Of a DNA stretch of 64,000 nucleotides, positions 38,664 through 51,946 are shown piece after piece (positions within the stretch are counted from its first letter, which is position 1; the number at the start of each line of letters is the position of its first letter). The translations under genes and the position numbers were made by a program. This stretch comes from Eledone cirrhosa (Eukaryota), in assembly GCA_964016885.1 (NCBI GenBank), contig OZ024754.1:44020001-44084000 (forward strand), read 5' to 3'. Below the pieces are notes generated by a model, which saw only the letters and a program-made list of their open reading frames with translations, made no database searches and had not been told where the DNA came from.

Positions 38664-39326
38664 TTAGAGAGAAACGAAGCCTGCATGCTCCGATGGATGT
38701 GTAACAGTAATATACGTGAACGACAAAGCATAAATGAATTGAGAGAGAGACTGAGCATAAGAGGAATCAAATGCTGCGTGCAGGAGAGGCGGTTACGCTG
38801 GTATGGACATGTGATGCGTATGAAGGATGACAGCTGCATAAAAAGGTGCAGAGCACTAGAAGTTGATGGAAACCGCGGAGTGGGGAGACCCAAGATGACT
38901 TGGGATGAGGTGATAAGAGCCGACCTTACCCAACTACACCTCTCAAAGTCAATGACACACGACCGTGACTTCTGGCGTCACGCAGTAATACAGGGTACCC
39001 GACCTCCCATGGGTACATGCTGAAGCATATAAACAATATGCCCCCCCCCCCCCACCGCAAGGTGGTCGTGGAGGTGCCACGGCAAAAAAGCACCCAGCCC
39101 ACACTGTAAAGTGGACGTGTAGGCGCCACGAAAAAGCACCCAGCACTCACTGTAAATGAGGTTGGTGTTAGGAAGGGCATCCAGCTGTAGAAATCAAGCC
39201 AGATCAGTTCCTGTATGAGCAAGGCATGGTCAGCCGACCAGACACTGCCCACAACAGGACAACCCGTCTAACCCATGCTAGCGTGGAAGAACGGACGTAA
39301 AACGGTGATGATGATGATGATGATGA
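38664..39326 (+). mobile_element. RTE LINE 3' end (second family) with 3' UTR and (GAT)n tail
   Basis: MLRWMC...RRLRWYGHVMR...GRPKMTW, then UTR AAAAAGCACCCAG..CACTGTAAA..GGAAGGGCATCCAGCTGTAGAAA. Confidence 0.88.
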
Positions 39327-39328
39327 TA

Positions 39329-39403
<75 letters not shown>

Positions 39404-40075
39404 ATATTATATATATTATATTATATATATATATATATATTATATTATATATATAATATTATATATTATATATATATATATTATATTATATATTATATAT
39501 ATATTATATATATATATTATATTATATATATTATATATATATATTATATTATATATATTATATATATTATATATATATTATATATATATATTATATTATA
39601 TATATATTATATATATATTATATATATATATTATATTATATATATATTATATATATATTATATTATATATATATTATATTATATATATATTATATTATAT
39701 ATATATTATATATATATTATATATTATATTATATATAATATTATATATATATTATATATATATTATATATATATTATATTATATTATATTATATATTATA
39801 TATATATTATATTAATTATATATATATTATATATATATTATATTAATTATATATATATTATATATATATTATATTAATTATATATATATTATATATATTA
39901 TATATATATTATATTATATATATATTATATATTATATATATATATAAAACCATATTTATTTCATGTTAAATTATGGTATGCCTTCATCAGACGAAATATC
40001 CTGATGTCTTCCAAAAGTAACGGTTGCATTTTGAAAGGGTACGTCAATGTTTATTTATAAAACTGGTATATATTG

Positions 40076-40140
40076 TATTTCGTCTGATGAAGGCATACCA
40101 TAATTTAACATGATATCCTTGAAATATGTATAATGAAATA
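40076..40140 (+). ncRNA. Minimal type I hammerhead ribozyme motif
   Basis: TATTTCGT-CTGATGA-[helix II 40091-40120, 9 of 11 pairs]-GAAA-TATGTA-TA|ATGAAATA. Helix I is 8 bp; predicted cleavage after 40132 (AUA). Confidence 0.72.
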
Positions 40141-40606
40141 AATATGGTTTAATAAATATAGTTTCCATTTATTAATATCGTATATATATATATATATATT
40201 TGTGAGAACTGAATCTCAAATCCCACAATAAACTTTCACTCTTTAGACAGATTAACAAGTAGTACACACACACACCCATACACTCAGAACGCAAGGGGCC
40301 GTAACTCTATGCCGAAAAACATGTTTCCGACGCTCTACCGATTCTGCCAATAATAATAATGGTTTAATAACAATAATATACAATCACAGCACTAAATCTT
40401 AAAACAGAATGTCTTAGAAAGAATGACTCATGGAGAACCTGGTTAGAATAATCTAATTTTGGGGTTATAAATAATAATGATGATGATGGTGATGATGATG
40501 ATGATGATGAACATAATGATAAACATAAGTGAAGAAGTTCTGAAAGTAAATAGAAAAAAAATAGTACAAGAAATGTTAAGAGAAGAAACTGTAGATGGTA
40601 CAGGAA

Positions 40607-41650
40607 TTGGAGGTGGTGGTGGTGGTGAGTTGGTGGTGAGTTGGTGGTGAGTTGGTGGTGAGTTGGTGGTGAGTTGGTGGTGAGTTGGTGGTGAGTTGGT
40701 GGTGTTGGTGGTGAGTTGGTGGTGTTGGTGGTGAGTTGGTGGTGTTGGTGGTGAGTTGGTGGTGTTGGTGGTGAGTTGGTGGTGTTGGTGGTGAGTTGGT
40801 GGTGTTGGTGGTGAGTTGGTGGTGCTGAGTTGGTGGTGGTGGTGAGTTGGTGGTGGTGGTGTTGGTGAGTTGGTGGTGAGTTGGTGGTGTTGGTGGTGAG
40901 TTGGTGGTGTTGGTGGTGAGTTGGTGGTGAGTTGGTGGTGAGTTGGTGGTGTTGGTGGTGAGTTGGTGGTGTTGGTAGTGAGTTGGTGGTGAGTTGGTGG
41001 TGAGTTGGTGGTGTTGGTGGTGAGTTGGTGGTGAGTTGGTGGTGTTGGTGGTGAGTTGGTGGTGTTGGTAGTGAGTTGGTGGTGAGTTGGTGGTGAGTTG
41101 GTGGTGAGTTGGTGGTGAGTTGGTGGTGAGTTGGTGGTGAGTTGGTGGTGAGTTGGTGGTGAGTTGGTGGTGAGTTGGTGGTGGTGGTGAGTTGGTGGTG
41201 GTGGTGAGTTGGTGGTGGTGGTGAGTTGGTGGTGGTGGTGAGTTGGTGGTGGTGGTGTTGGTGAGTTGGTGGTGGTGTTGGTGAGTTGGTGGTGGTGTTG
41301 GTGAGTTGGTGGTGGTGTTGGTGAGTTGGTGGTGGTGTTGGTGAGTTGGTGGTGGTGTTGGTGAGTTGGTGGTGGTGTTGGTGAGTTGGTGGTGGTGTTG
41401 GTGAGTTGGTGGTGGTGTTGGTGAGTTGGTGGTGGTGTTGGTGAGTTGGTGGTGGTGTTGGTGAGTTGGTGGTGGTGTTGGTGAGTTGGTGGTGGTGTTG
41501 GTGGGTTGGTGGTGGTGTTGGTGGGTTGGTGGTGGTGTTGGTGAGTTGGTGGTGGTGTTGGTGAGTTGGTGGTGGTGTTGGTGAGTTGGTGGTGGTGTTG
41601 GTGAGTTGGTGGTGGTGATGGTGAGTTTGTGGTGGTGTGGTGGTGAGTTC
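40607..41650. repeat. GGT-rich satellite (11-bp and 20-bp GAGTTGGTGGT units)
   Basis: Direct reading. Confidence 0.9.
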
Positions 41651-41872
41651 GTGGTGGTGGGGAGATGGGGGAGGGAATATAGTCGCACTTAGTGGTGTAG
41701 AGGTGTAAGAGAAGGGGGTGGTAAACAATAGAATTTGTTGGGGTGGGAGTTTATAATTGTGGCACTTGCTATAGTTAGATTGGGGTCTTAAAAGGCCCTT
41801 AACTGCTGATGGAAACATCTCTACACATGGCATGTCTAAGGCATATAAGAACTGGCAAAACCCATCCCCTCT

Positions 41873-42000
<128 letters not shown>

Positions 42001-42696
42001 GCAAAGCTGACCTTCATGGAAGAATCAGCCCCAGTACTAGACTGGTATTTTATCAAACTTGAGAGGATGAAAGGCAAAAATGACCTTGGTGAGACAAAGG
42101 GGGGTAAATGTAGAGTTGGGACAAAGGGAGGTAAGTGTAGGGAGTTAGGACAAAAGAGGGGTAAGTAAGAAAACTTCTATGAAAATGGGAGGAAAGAAAT
42201 GGGATAGGTGAGGGAGAGTCTAAAAGAGAAACAGTAAAGTACAAAGGTGTAGAATGATGTCGGTGGGGTGGGTGGTAGGAAGAAGGGAGATGATGAAAAA
42301 AAGATGAATGAAAGAAGCCATTCATAAAAATATACAACTTTCTCCCCCCCACATCCTCCCACCAATCCTATAATACCCAGCATCCTTTGCAGTGTTCTAA
42401 TCTAACTTCTACAACCAGCTGTTATTACAAGTGGAGACTGTCAGAGCAGTTGTGGGTTTGATGAGGGCTTGATGATAACAAGAGTGGTTCTGTGTTAGAA
42501 TGGTAGTTGTGTGTAGAAAGAACAGGAGAGAGAGGCGGGAGAGAATGAGGGAAAAGAGGGGAGGGAGAGGCAAAGAGAGAAAGAGATAAGGAGAAGAAGG
42601 GGGAGTTGGGGAGGTGAGAGAGAGGAGGAGGCACAGATGAAACAAAGCCTGAAAAACTGTTTTGTAAATATATATATATATATATATAAGGAGTTG

Positions 42697-42753
<57 letters not shown>

Positions 42754-42791
42754 ATATTAACAAATGGAAACTATATTTATAAAACCATATT

Positions 42792-42857
42792 TATTCTATT
42801 ATACATATTTCAAGGGCCACCAAGGCTAATTATGGTGCGCTCTCATCAGATAAAATA
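42792..42857 (-). ncRNA. Minimal type I hammerhead ribozyme motif, same family as 40076
   Basis: Minus strand: TATTTTAT-CTGATGA-GAGCGCACCA...TGGTGGCCCTT-GAAA-TATGTA-TA|ATAGAATA; 8-bp helix I. Confidence 0.72.
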
Positions 42858-42970
42858 CAATACAGATTAGTTTTATAAATATATATTGACATACCCTGAA
42901 AAAAGACAACCTTAACGGTTGGAGCTTCCAATACAACAGTCTCACCAACACTATATATATATATATATAT

Positions 42971-44413
42971 AGTGTTGGTGAGACTGTGGTGTTGGTGAGA
43001 CTGTGGTGTTGGTGAGACTGTGGTGTTGGTGAGACTGTGGTGTTGGTGAGACTGTGGTGTTGGTGAGACTGTGGTGTTGGTGAGACTGTGGTGTTGGTGA
43101 GACTGTGGTGTTGGTGAGACTGTGGTGTTGGTGAGACTGTGGTGTTGGTGAGACTGTGGTGTTGGTGAGACTGTGGTGTTGGTGAGACTGTGGTGTTGGT
43201 GAGACTGTGGTGTTGGTGAGACTGTGGTGTTGGTGAGACTGTGGTGTTGGTGAGACTGTGGTGTTGGTGAGACTGTGGTGTTGGTGAGACTGTGGTGTTG
43301 GTGAAACTGTGGTGTTGGTGAAACTGTGGTGTTGGTGAGACTGTGGTGTTGGTGAGACTGTGGTGTTGGTGAAACTGTGGTGTTGGTGAGACTGTGGTGT
43401 TGGTGAAACTGTGGTGTTGGTGAAACTGTGGTGTTGGTGAAACTGTGGTGTTGGTGAAACTGTGGTGTTGGTGAGACTGTGGTGTTGGTGAGACTGTGGT
43501 GTTGGTGAGACTGTGGTGTTGGTGAAACTGTGGTGTTGGTGAGACTGTGGTGTTGGTGAAACTGTGGTGTTGGTGAAACTGTGGTGTTGGTGAAACTGTG
43601 GTGTTGGTGAGACTGTGGTGTTGGTGAAACTGTGGTGTTGGTGAGACTGTGGTGTTGGTGAGACTGTGGTGTTGGTGAAACTGTGGTGTTGGTGAGACTG
43701 TGGTGTTGGTGAGACTGTGGTGTTGGTGAGACTGTGGTGTTGGTGAAACTGTGGTGTTGGTGAAACTGTGGTGTTGGTGAAACTGTGGTGTTGGTGAGAC
43801 TGTGGTGTTGGTGAAACTGTGGTGTTGGTGAGACTGTGGTGTTGGTGAGACTGTGGTGTTGGTGAAACTGTGGTGTTGGTGAAACTGTGGTGTTGGTGAA
43901 ACTGTGGTGTTGGTGAAACTGTGGTGTTGGTGAGACTGTGGTGTTGGTGAGACTGTGGTGTTGGTGAAACTGTGGTGTTGGTGAGACTGTGGTGTTGGTG
44001 AGACTGTGGTGTTGGTGAGACTGTGGTATTGGTGAAACTGTGGTGTTGGTGAGACTGTGGTATTGGTGAGACTGTGGTATTGGTGAGACTGTGGTGTTGG
44101 TGAGACTGTGGTGTTGGTGAGACTGTGGTGTTGGTGAGACTGTGGTGTTGGTGAAACTGTGGTGTTGGTGAGACTGTGGTGTTGGTGAGACTGTGGTGTT
44201 GGTGAAACTGTGGTGTTGGTGAGACTGTGGTGTTGGTGAGACTGTGGTGTTGGTGAGACTGTGGTGTTGGTGAGACTGTGGTGTTGGTGAGACTGTGGTG
44301 TTGGTGAGACTGTGGTGTTGGTGAAACTGTGGTATTGGTGAAACTGTGGTGTTGGTGAGACTGTGGTATTGGTGAGACTGTGGTATTGGTGAGACTGTGG
44401 TATTGGTGAGACT
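42971..44413. repeat. 17-bp satellite GGTGTTGGTGA(G/A)ACTGT, ~85 copies
   Basis: Direct reading. Confidence 0.92.
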
Positions 44414-44537
44414 AGTGTGGCACCATCCCAAAGACTTGTCAAATCAAGGCGTTTCTTCATTGAATTCAATCCTGCTGCATTGGAATGTAGATTGGATGAT
44501 TAAGACATCAAGACTTTCTAAATCAGAGCGTGTGTGT

Positions 44538-44614
<77 letters not shown>

Positions 44615-46016
44615 TGTGTCAGTGTGTGTCAGTGTGTGTGTATGTATCTGTATGCATCTGTGATTGTATATGTTTATGTGCATATGAGTGTGTGCAACAG
44701 AATGCATTGTTTGCACTTTTAAGTATGCCATGAATGTGCTTCACATATGCAGCAAGCACACAAACACCATGAGGGCATGTGGGTGTGTACTTCTAAGTAC
44801 ATGCATGTGTGCACTTTTAAATACACGCATGTGTGCACTTATAAGCAGATATGTGTGCGTGTGTGTGTGCACTTCTAAATGCAAGTATGTGAGTTGATGG
44901 GGGATGCTGAAAGTAGGGAGATGTAAAAACAATCACAAATAAGAGCTGTGTGAAGGAAACTAATATAATTGCCTCACACCCTCCCTTCCCCCAGTTACAA
45001 CTGACAACACAAGCCACCACCTCCATCAACACCACCTCCACCACCAACACGACCTCTACCACCACCACCATCAACACCACCACCACCACCTCTACCACCA
45101 CCAACACCACCATCAACACTGCCACCACACCAGCACCTCCACCAACACCACCTCCACCAACACCACCACCACCACCCCAACACCACCACCATCAACACTG
45201 CCACCACACCAGCACCTCCACCAACCACCAACATCACCAACACCACCGACACCACCACCATCAACACTGCCACCACACCAGCATCTCCACCAACCACCAA
45301 CACCACCACCGACACCACCAACAACATCACCACCACCATCAACACTGCCACCACACCACCACCTCCACCAACACCACACCAGCAGTCACTTCAGAAACAC
45401 TTTCCCTGGGTCAAAGGTTATTCTCTCAATTGATGGCAGGTGATGTGGACCGACAGAGAAAGACAGGTGCTTTATACCATTACCACCACTATCACCACCA
45501 ACAACACTCATCATCAACACCACCAACAACACTATCACCAACACCACCACCAACAGCACTATCACTAACACCACCACCACCAATACTATCACCACCAACA
45601 ACAACACTATCACCAACACCACCACCAACAGCACTATCACCAACACCAACACTATCACCAACACCAACAACACCACCACCACCAACACTATCACCACCAC
45701 CACCAACACTATCACCACCACCACCAACACTGCCACTACAGACAAGTCACCACCACAACAACTACAACCACCTTATGTAGTGGTTGTAGTTGCAGTGGTG
45801 ACTTTTTAAACCTCAGCCATACCCTACCCCCACCCAATATATCCACCCCGACCCTCATACAGCCACCCCACACCCCGCTCCTCAGCCCCACCCCATATAA
45901 ATATAATCTTCTCAAGACATCTCTATCAACATTCTTGACATACTATTTTTTTCTTTTATAATTAAAGAAAATTTCATTTGTAATTAAAGTAAATTAAAAA
46001 AAATTGGTAAATGGTG

Positions 46017-46051
<35 letters not shown>

Positions 46052-46094
46052 GCTACTACTACTGCTGCTACTGCTACTACTGTTACTACTACTG

Positions 46095-46128
<34 letters not shown>

Positions 46129-46564
46129 CAGTAGTAGTAGTAGTGATTATGGTTTGGTGAAGGTTGCATTAATAGTGGTAGACAGTTGTAGTGGTTGTGG
46201 TTATAGTAGTGGTGGTTGAAGTAGTGGTGTTTGTGGTAGTGGTGGTAGTAGTAGTAGTAGTAATAGTGGTAGTGGTGATAGTGGTAGTAGTACTGAAGTG
46301 TTACTGATAGTATTACTGGTAGTAAAAGTGTAACTGTGTTGGTGGTAGTAGTGAGGTGTGATAGTATTACTAGTAGTGGTGGTAGTAGTGGTGGTAGTAG
46401 TGAGGTGTGATAGTATTACTAGTAGTGGTGGTAGTAGTGGGGTGTGATAGTATTACTAGTAGTGGTGGTAGTAGTGGGGTGTGACAGTATTACTGAATGA
46501 GGTCAGATATGGTACAACAAGTCTTTCACATCTCAAATCCTTTCTCAAGTCAATAGAGAGTGAT

Positions 46565-46994
46565 TTAACCCTTTACCATTTAAACCAGCCATATCCAGCC
46601 AGAATTCTCTCACCTCTCTCTCAAAACCAGCTGTAACTGTCCGCTCATACTGATGTTAAGGTATTGTTCTCAAAATAAATGATATCAAAATCTCGTAGTT
46701 TCGATATTATGTAAGGTAAAGCCTTTACTATGAAAATACAATAGTATATATAGAGTAATGTAAATGTTATGTGAGATATTATGTGAGGTAAAGCCTTTAC
46801 TGTGAAAATACAATAGTATATATAGAGTAATGTAAATGTTATGTGAGATATTATGTGAGGTAAAGCCTTTACTGTGAAAATACAACAGTATATATAGAGT
46901 AATGTAAATGTTATGTGAGATATTATGTGAGGTAAAGCCTTTACTGTGAAAATACAACAGTATATATAGAGTAATGTAAATGGTAAAGGGTTAA
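46565..46994 (+). mobile_element. MITE with about 4 internal 60-bp tandem units
   Basis: Both TIR/TTAA ends present. Confidence 0.85.
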
Positions 46995-48840
46995 CCCTTC
47001 CAATACCAACCATATTTCTAATGAAAAACAACTGCCTATGGTTACAGATATACACAAGGACACAGAGGCATATTTACACACACAAACAGACCCATACAGA
47101 CCTCCCCCACCCAAACTGAGTCATCTCTTGCTCCACCCTGGTTCAAGCATGAAATGATGAAACCAGTCAGACATGGAAAATTCGTGTTTTCCACACCCCT
47201 CCCCCAGCTTATTACAACACCCCTCCACCATCTATTCTAACCCCCACCCCGCCCTTATAAATCCCCCTCCTCTCCCACCTACTCTAACTCCACCCACCCT
47301 TCCATCTATTATATCCCCCCACCCTTCTAAACCCCCCTCCCACCTATTCTAACTCCACCCCTCTGTTCTAAACACTGCCACACATACATCTATCCCCTCC
47401 TCCAACCTATTCTAAATGTCCCCCTCCCCCCACCTATTCTAACATCCCCACCCTACCCTCCCATCTATTCCAACCCCACCTCGCCCTTATAACCCCTCCC
47501 CCCTATTACTTCACCGTCACAATCCACACAAGAGTTGTTGACTTGGAAAGTTCTGCTGCTTCGCTTAGTAATGGACTTTTCCAGCAGATCAGGAAATAAC
47601 AAGGACAAACGTTGTACAGGAGTTGGGCTGTTCCATTTAGTGATGATGGGGGGGGGGGTAGAGGATGGCGGCGAAGGAGGGATTACTAGCAGAGGGTGGT
47701 GGTGGTGGTTGTGGCAGAGGTGGGATTACTAGCAGAGGGTGGTGGTGGCAGAGGTGGGATTACCAGCAGAGGGTGGTGGTGGTGGTGGTGGTGGCAGAGG
47801 TGGGATAACCAGCAGAGGATGGTGGTGGTGGTGGTGGCAGAGGTGGGATAACCAGCAGAGGATGGTGGTGGTGGTGGTGGCAGAGGTGGGATAACCAGCA
47901 GAGGATGGTGGTGGTGGTGGTGGCAGAGGTGGGATTAGCAGCAGAGGGTGGTGGTGGTGGAAGGATTCGTGGCAGGAATATGAAAAAAAAAGTGAAGGCA
48001 ACAGCTTAACTGTTAACATCCTGAACCACATGAGACAGCATTAGCAAGACATTCTTGAAAAGTACTAAACAACACTATGATTGCATCTTGTTAAAAATTA
48101 AAGTCTTTACCACAAGATACAGCATTTTTGTTTTACGATTTGTTCGTCAGTAAAGATACTATTAGGGGTTAATTGGCAGAGTCGTTAGAACGTCCGTTAG
48201 AATGGTTTATGGTATTCATTCCAGCTCTCTGCTCTCTAGGTAAAATACCACTGAGGTCAACTTTGCTTTTCATCCTTTCGGGGTCGCTAAAAAAGTACCA
48301 GTCAAGTACTGGGGGTCTATTCTTCCTTTCTCTGCAAGAAATCTGCTGTACTCAGGCCTGGAGAAGGATGGGTTCTGCAAGGCTTAAAATGCCCAAGAAA
48401 CGTTGTATGTCAATATGGCATCCCTACGATTCTATCAGGAGTTATGGGACCCTACATACAATACAAAGACACTATAATTATTTGAATTAACAAATCCATT
48501 TTTAGATATTTTTAGCAAAATTATTACAGGATGTTCAGTGTTAAGGAACAAGTTTCAACTCCCAATTTCTCTCTCTCACTCAGACTCACTCAGACTCTCT
48601 CTCTCTCTCTCTCAAAAGACAGAAAGAAGGCTAGCTGAAGAAATATTTATAAAAAGTTGCAAATTTTATTTTACCTTGTTGAAAGTGCTAATGAAATTTG
48701 ATGCTAATCACACCCTATTTGATACACCTGCATACCATTTCTATTTTACCCCATATATCTAATACCATTGATGTCTTTCATACACCTATATCCCACTACT
48801 ATTTTGCTCAACATACCCGATACCCAAATATCTGACGATG

Positions 48841-50262
48841 GGTCTTGTATACATCTAGTTGGTATAGCAAGGAGGGTCTTGTATACAGCTAGTTGGTATA
48901 GCAAGGAGGGTCTTGTATACAGCTAGTTGGTATAGCAAGAAGGGTCTTGTATACAGCTAGTTGGTATAGCAAGAAGGGTCTTGTATACATCTAGTTGGTA
49001 TAGCAAGGAGGGTCTTGTATACAGCTAGTTGGTATAGCAAGAAGGGTCTTGTATACATCTAGTTGGTATAGCAAGGAGGGTCTTGTATACAGCTAGTTGG
49101 TATAGCAAGGAGGGTCTTGTATACAGCTAGTTGGTATAGCAAGGAGGGTCTTGTATACAGCTAGTTGGTATAGCAAGGAGGGTCTTGTATACAGCTAGTT
49201 GGTATAACAAGGAGGGTCTTGTATACAGCTAGTTGGTATAGCAAGGAGGGTCTTGTATACAGCTAGTTGGTATAGCAAGGAGGGTCTTGTATACAGCTAG
49301 TTGGTATAGCAAGGAGGGTCTTGTATACAGCTAGTTGGTATAGCAAGGAGGGTCTTGTATACAGCTAGTTGGTATAGCAAGGAGGGTCTTGTATACAGCT
49401 AGTTGGTATAGCAAGGAGGGTCTTGTATACAGCTAGTTGGTATAGCAAGGAGGGTCTTGTATACAGCTAGTTGGTATAGCAAGGAGGGTCTTGTATACAG
49501 CTAGTTGGTATAACAAGGAGGGTCTTGTATACAGCTAGTTGGTATAGAAAGGAGGGTCTTGTATACAGCTAGTTGGTATAGCAAGGAGGGTCTTGTATAC
49601 AGCTAGTTGGTATAACAAGGAGGGTCTTGTATACAGCTAGTTGGTATAGCAAGGAGGGTCTTGTATACAGCTAGTTGGTATAGCAAGGAGGGTCTTGTAT
49701 ACAGCTAGTTGGTATAGCAAGGAGGGTCTTGTATACAGCTAGTTGGTATAGCAAGGAGGGTCTTGTATACAGCTAGTTGGTATAGCAAGGAGGGTCTTGT
49801 ATACAGCTAGTTGGTATAGCAAGGAGGGTCTTGTATACAGCTAGTTGGTATAACAAGGAGGGTCTTGTATACAGCTAGTTGGTATAGAAAGGAGGGTCTT
49901 GTATACAGCTAGTTGGTATAGCAAGGAGGGTCTTGTATACAGCTAGTTGGTATAGCAAGGAGGGTCTTGTATACAGCTAGTTGGTATAGCAAGGAGGGTC
50001 TTGTATACAGCTAGTTGGTATAGCAAGGAGGGTCTTGTATACAGCTAGTTGGTATAACAAGGAGGGTCTTGTATACAGCTAGTTGGTATAGAAAGGAGGG
50101 TCTTGTATACAGCTAGTTGGTATAGCAAGGAGGGTCTTGTATACAGCTAGTTGGTATAGCAAGGAGGGTCTTGTATACAGCTAGTTGGTATAGCAAGGAG
50201 GGTCTTGTATACAGCTAGTTGGTATAGCAAGGAGGGTCTTGTATACAGCTAGTTGGTATAGA
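48841..50262. repeat. 34-bp minisatellite, ~42 copies
   Basis: GGGTCTTGTATACAGCTAGTTGGTATAGCAAGGA. Confidence 0.93.
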
Positions 50263-51173
50263 AAGCAAGGACTAGTATATAGTTAGTTGGCAGAGTTGTT
50301 AGGCTGTTGGATTAAAAAAGCCTGGGTTTTTTTCTGAGTTCAAATTCCGCCAAGGTTAACTTTGCCTTTCATCCTTACGGGGTCGATAAAAAATACTGGG
50401 GTAATTGCTAGCCTTGTGCCAAAAGTAGAAACAATTAACCCTTTAGCATTTAAACTGGCCATATCCAGTCAGGATTCACTCACCTCTTTCCGTTCAAAGC
50501 AGCCATAACTGGCTGCTCATACTGATGTTAAGGTATTGTTCTCAAAATATCAAAATCCCATAGATTCGATATTATGTGAGATATTTATGTAAGATAAAGT
50601 GTTTACTGTGAAAATATAATAAATATAGAGTAATGTAAATGTTGAAGGTTTAAAGGGACTGGATGCTGCAATATCTTTTATGTGATGCTCTACTGAACCT
50701 GATAATCTAAACAACCATCACCACCATCACAACCACCACAACAACAACAAACACTATCACAATAACCACCACCAACATCATCACCACCATTAAAACTATT
50801 ATCACAATAACCACCACCAACACAACCACCACCACACCGCCACAATACAACATAATGGAAATTTTCAAAAAAAGCCAGCAATAATTATTTTTCTTCATAA
50901 TTTATTTCATTTTAATTATGTTTTCAAATTCTTGAACTAATGATTAAAATCAATATATGTTATGTCAGTAATGGAAGTGAGAAGATACACATATATATAT
51001 ACTGAAACGCATATGTACATATATATATATATATATATATACATACATATATATATATATATATGCGCTTTGGCTTCTAACTAATTCACCAATATCTCCT
51101 CTCCTATCTCCATTTCTCTCTTTAAGATTGGTTACTCTTGAACTGTGTTTATATATACATACACACATACTGA

Positions 51174-51214
<41 letters not shown>

Positions 51215-51249
51215 GTTTCAGTATGTGTGTATGTATGTATATGTATATG

Positions 51250-51285
<36 letters not shown>

Positions 51286-51401
51286 CACACACACACATAC
51301 TGAAACATACATATGTACATATATACATGTCCAACACAAATACAGATACTAAAACACATACATATGTACATATATATACATACATACATATTGAAACATA
51401 T

Positions 51402-51444
<43 letters not shown>

Positions 51445-51843
51445 GCGTATATGTAAACGAAACTTCCTTGTTTTTTCTATTATACATATACACACACACA
51501 CACATATATATACATATATACACACAAATCACAAATATATATCTATAGATACACAGTTATATATAAATAGGAATATATCCCCCCCCCCCCTCCTTCCGGA
51601 AGATGAGAGGAAGAAAGTAAAGGCATTGATGTGGCCTTGAAACAACTGTGGAAATGGGAGGACTTGTACAGGTGGGGTTGAAGATGAGGTTAAGTAGAGC
51701 ATGGTGAGATGGGGGGGGGGAGATAGGGAGAGGGTGAGAAAGAGAGGGAGGGAGAGAGGGAGGAGGTGTTCTGAGCTGAGGTTAAATAGTGCATGGAGAG
51801 AGTGATTTGGAGGTGGTTAGCCATGAGGCAAAGTAGAGAATGC

Positions 51844-51946
<103 letters not shown>

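Noticed and set aside
48675-48740. Candidate PTP exon 1 (SNFISTFNK|gtaaa)
   Set aside because: In-frame TGA just upstream and no start codon.
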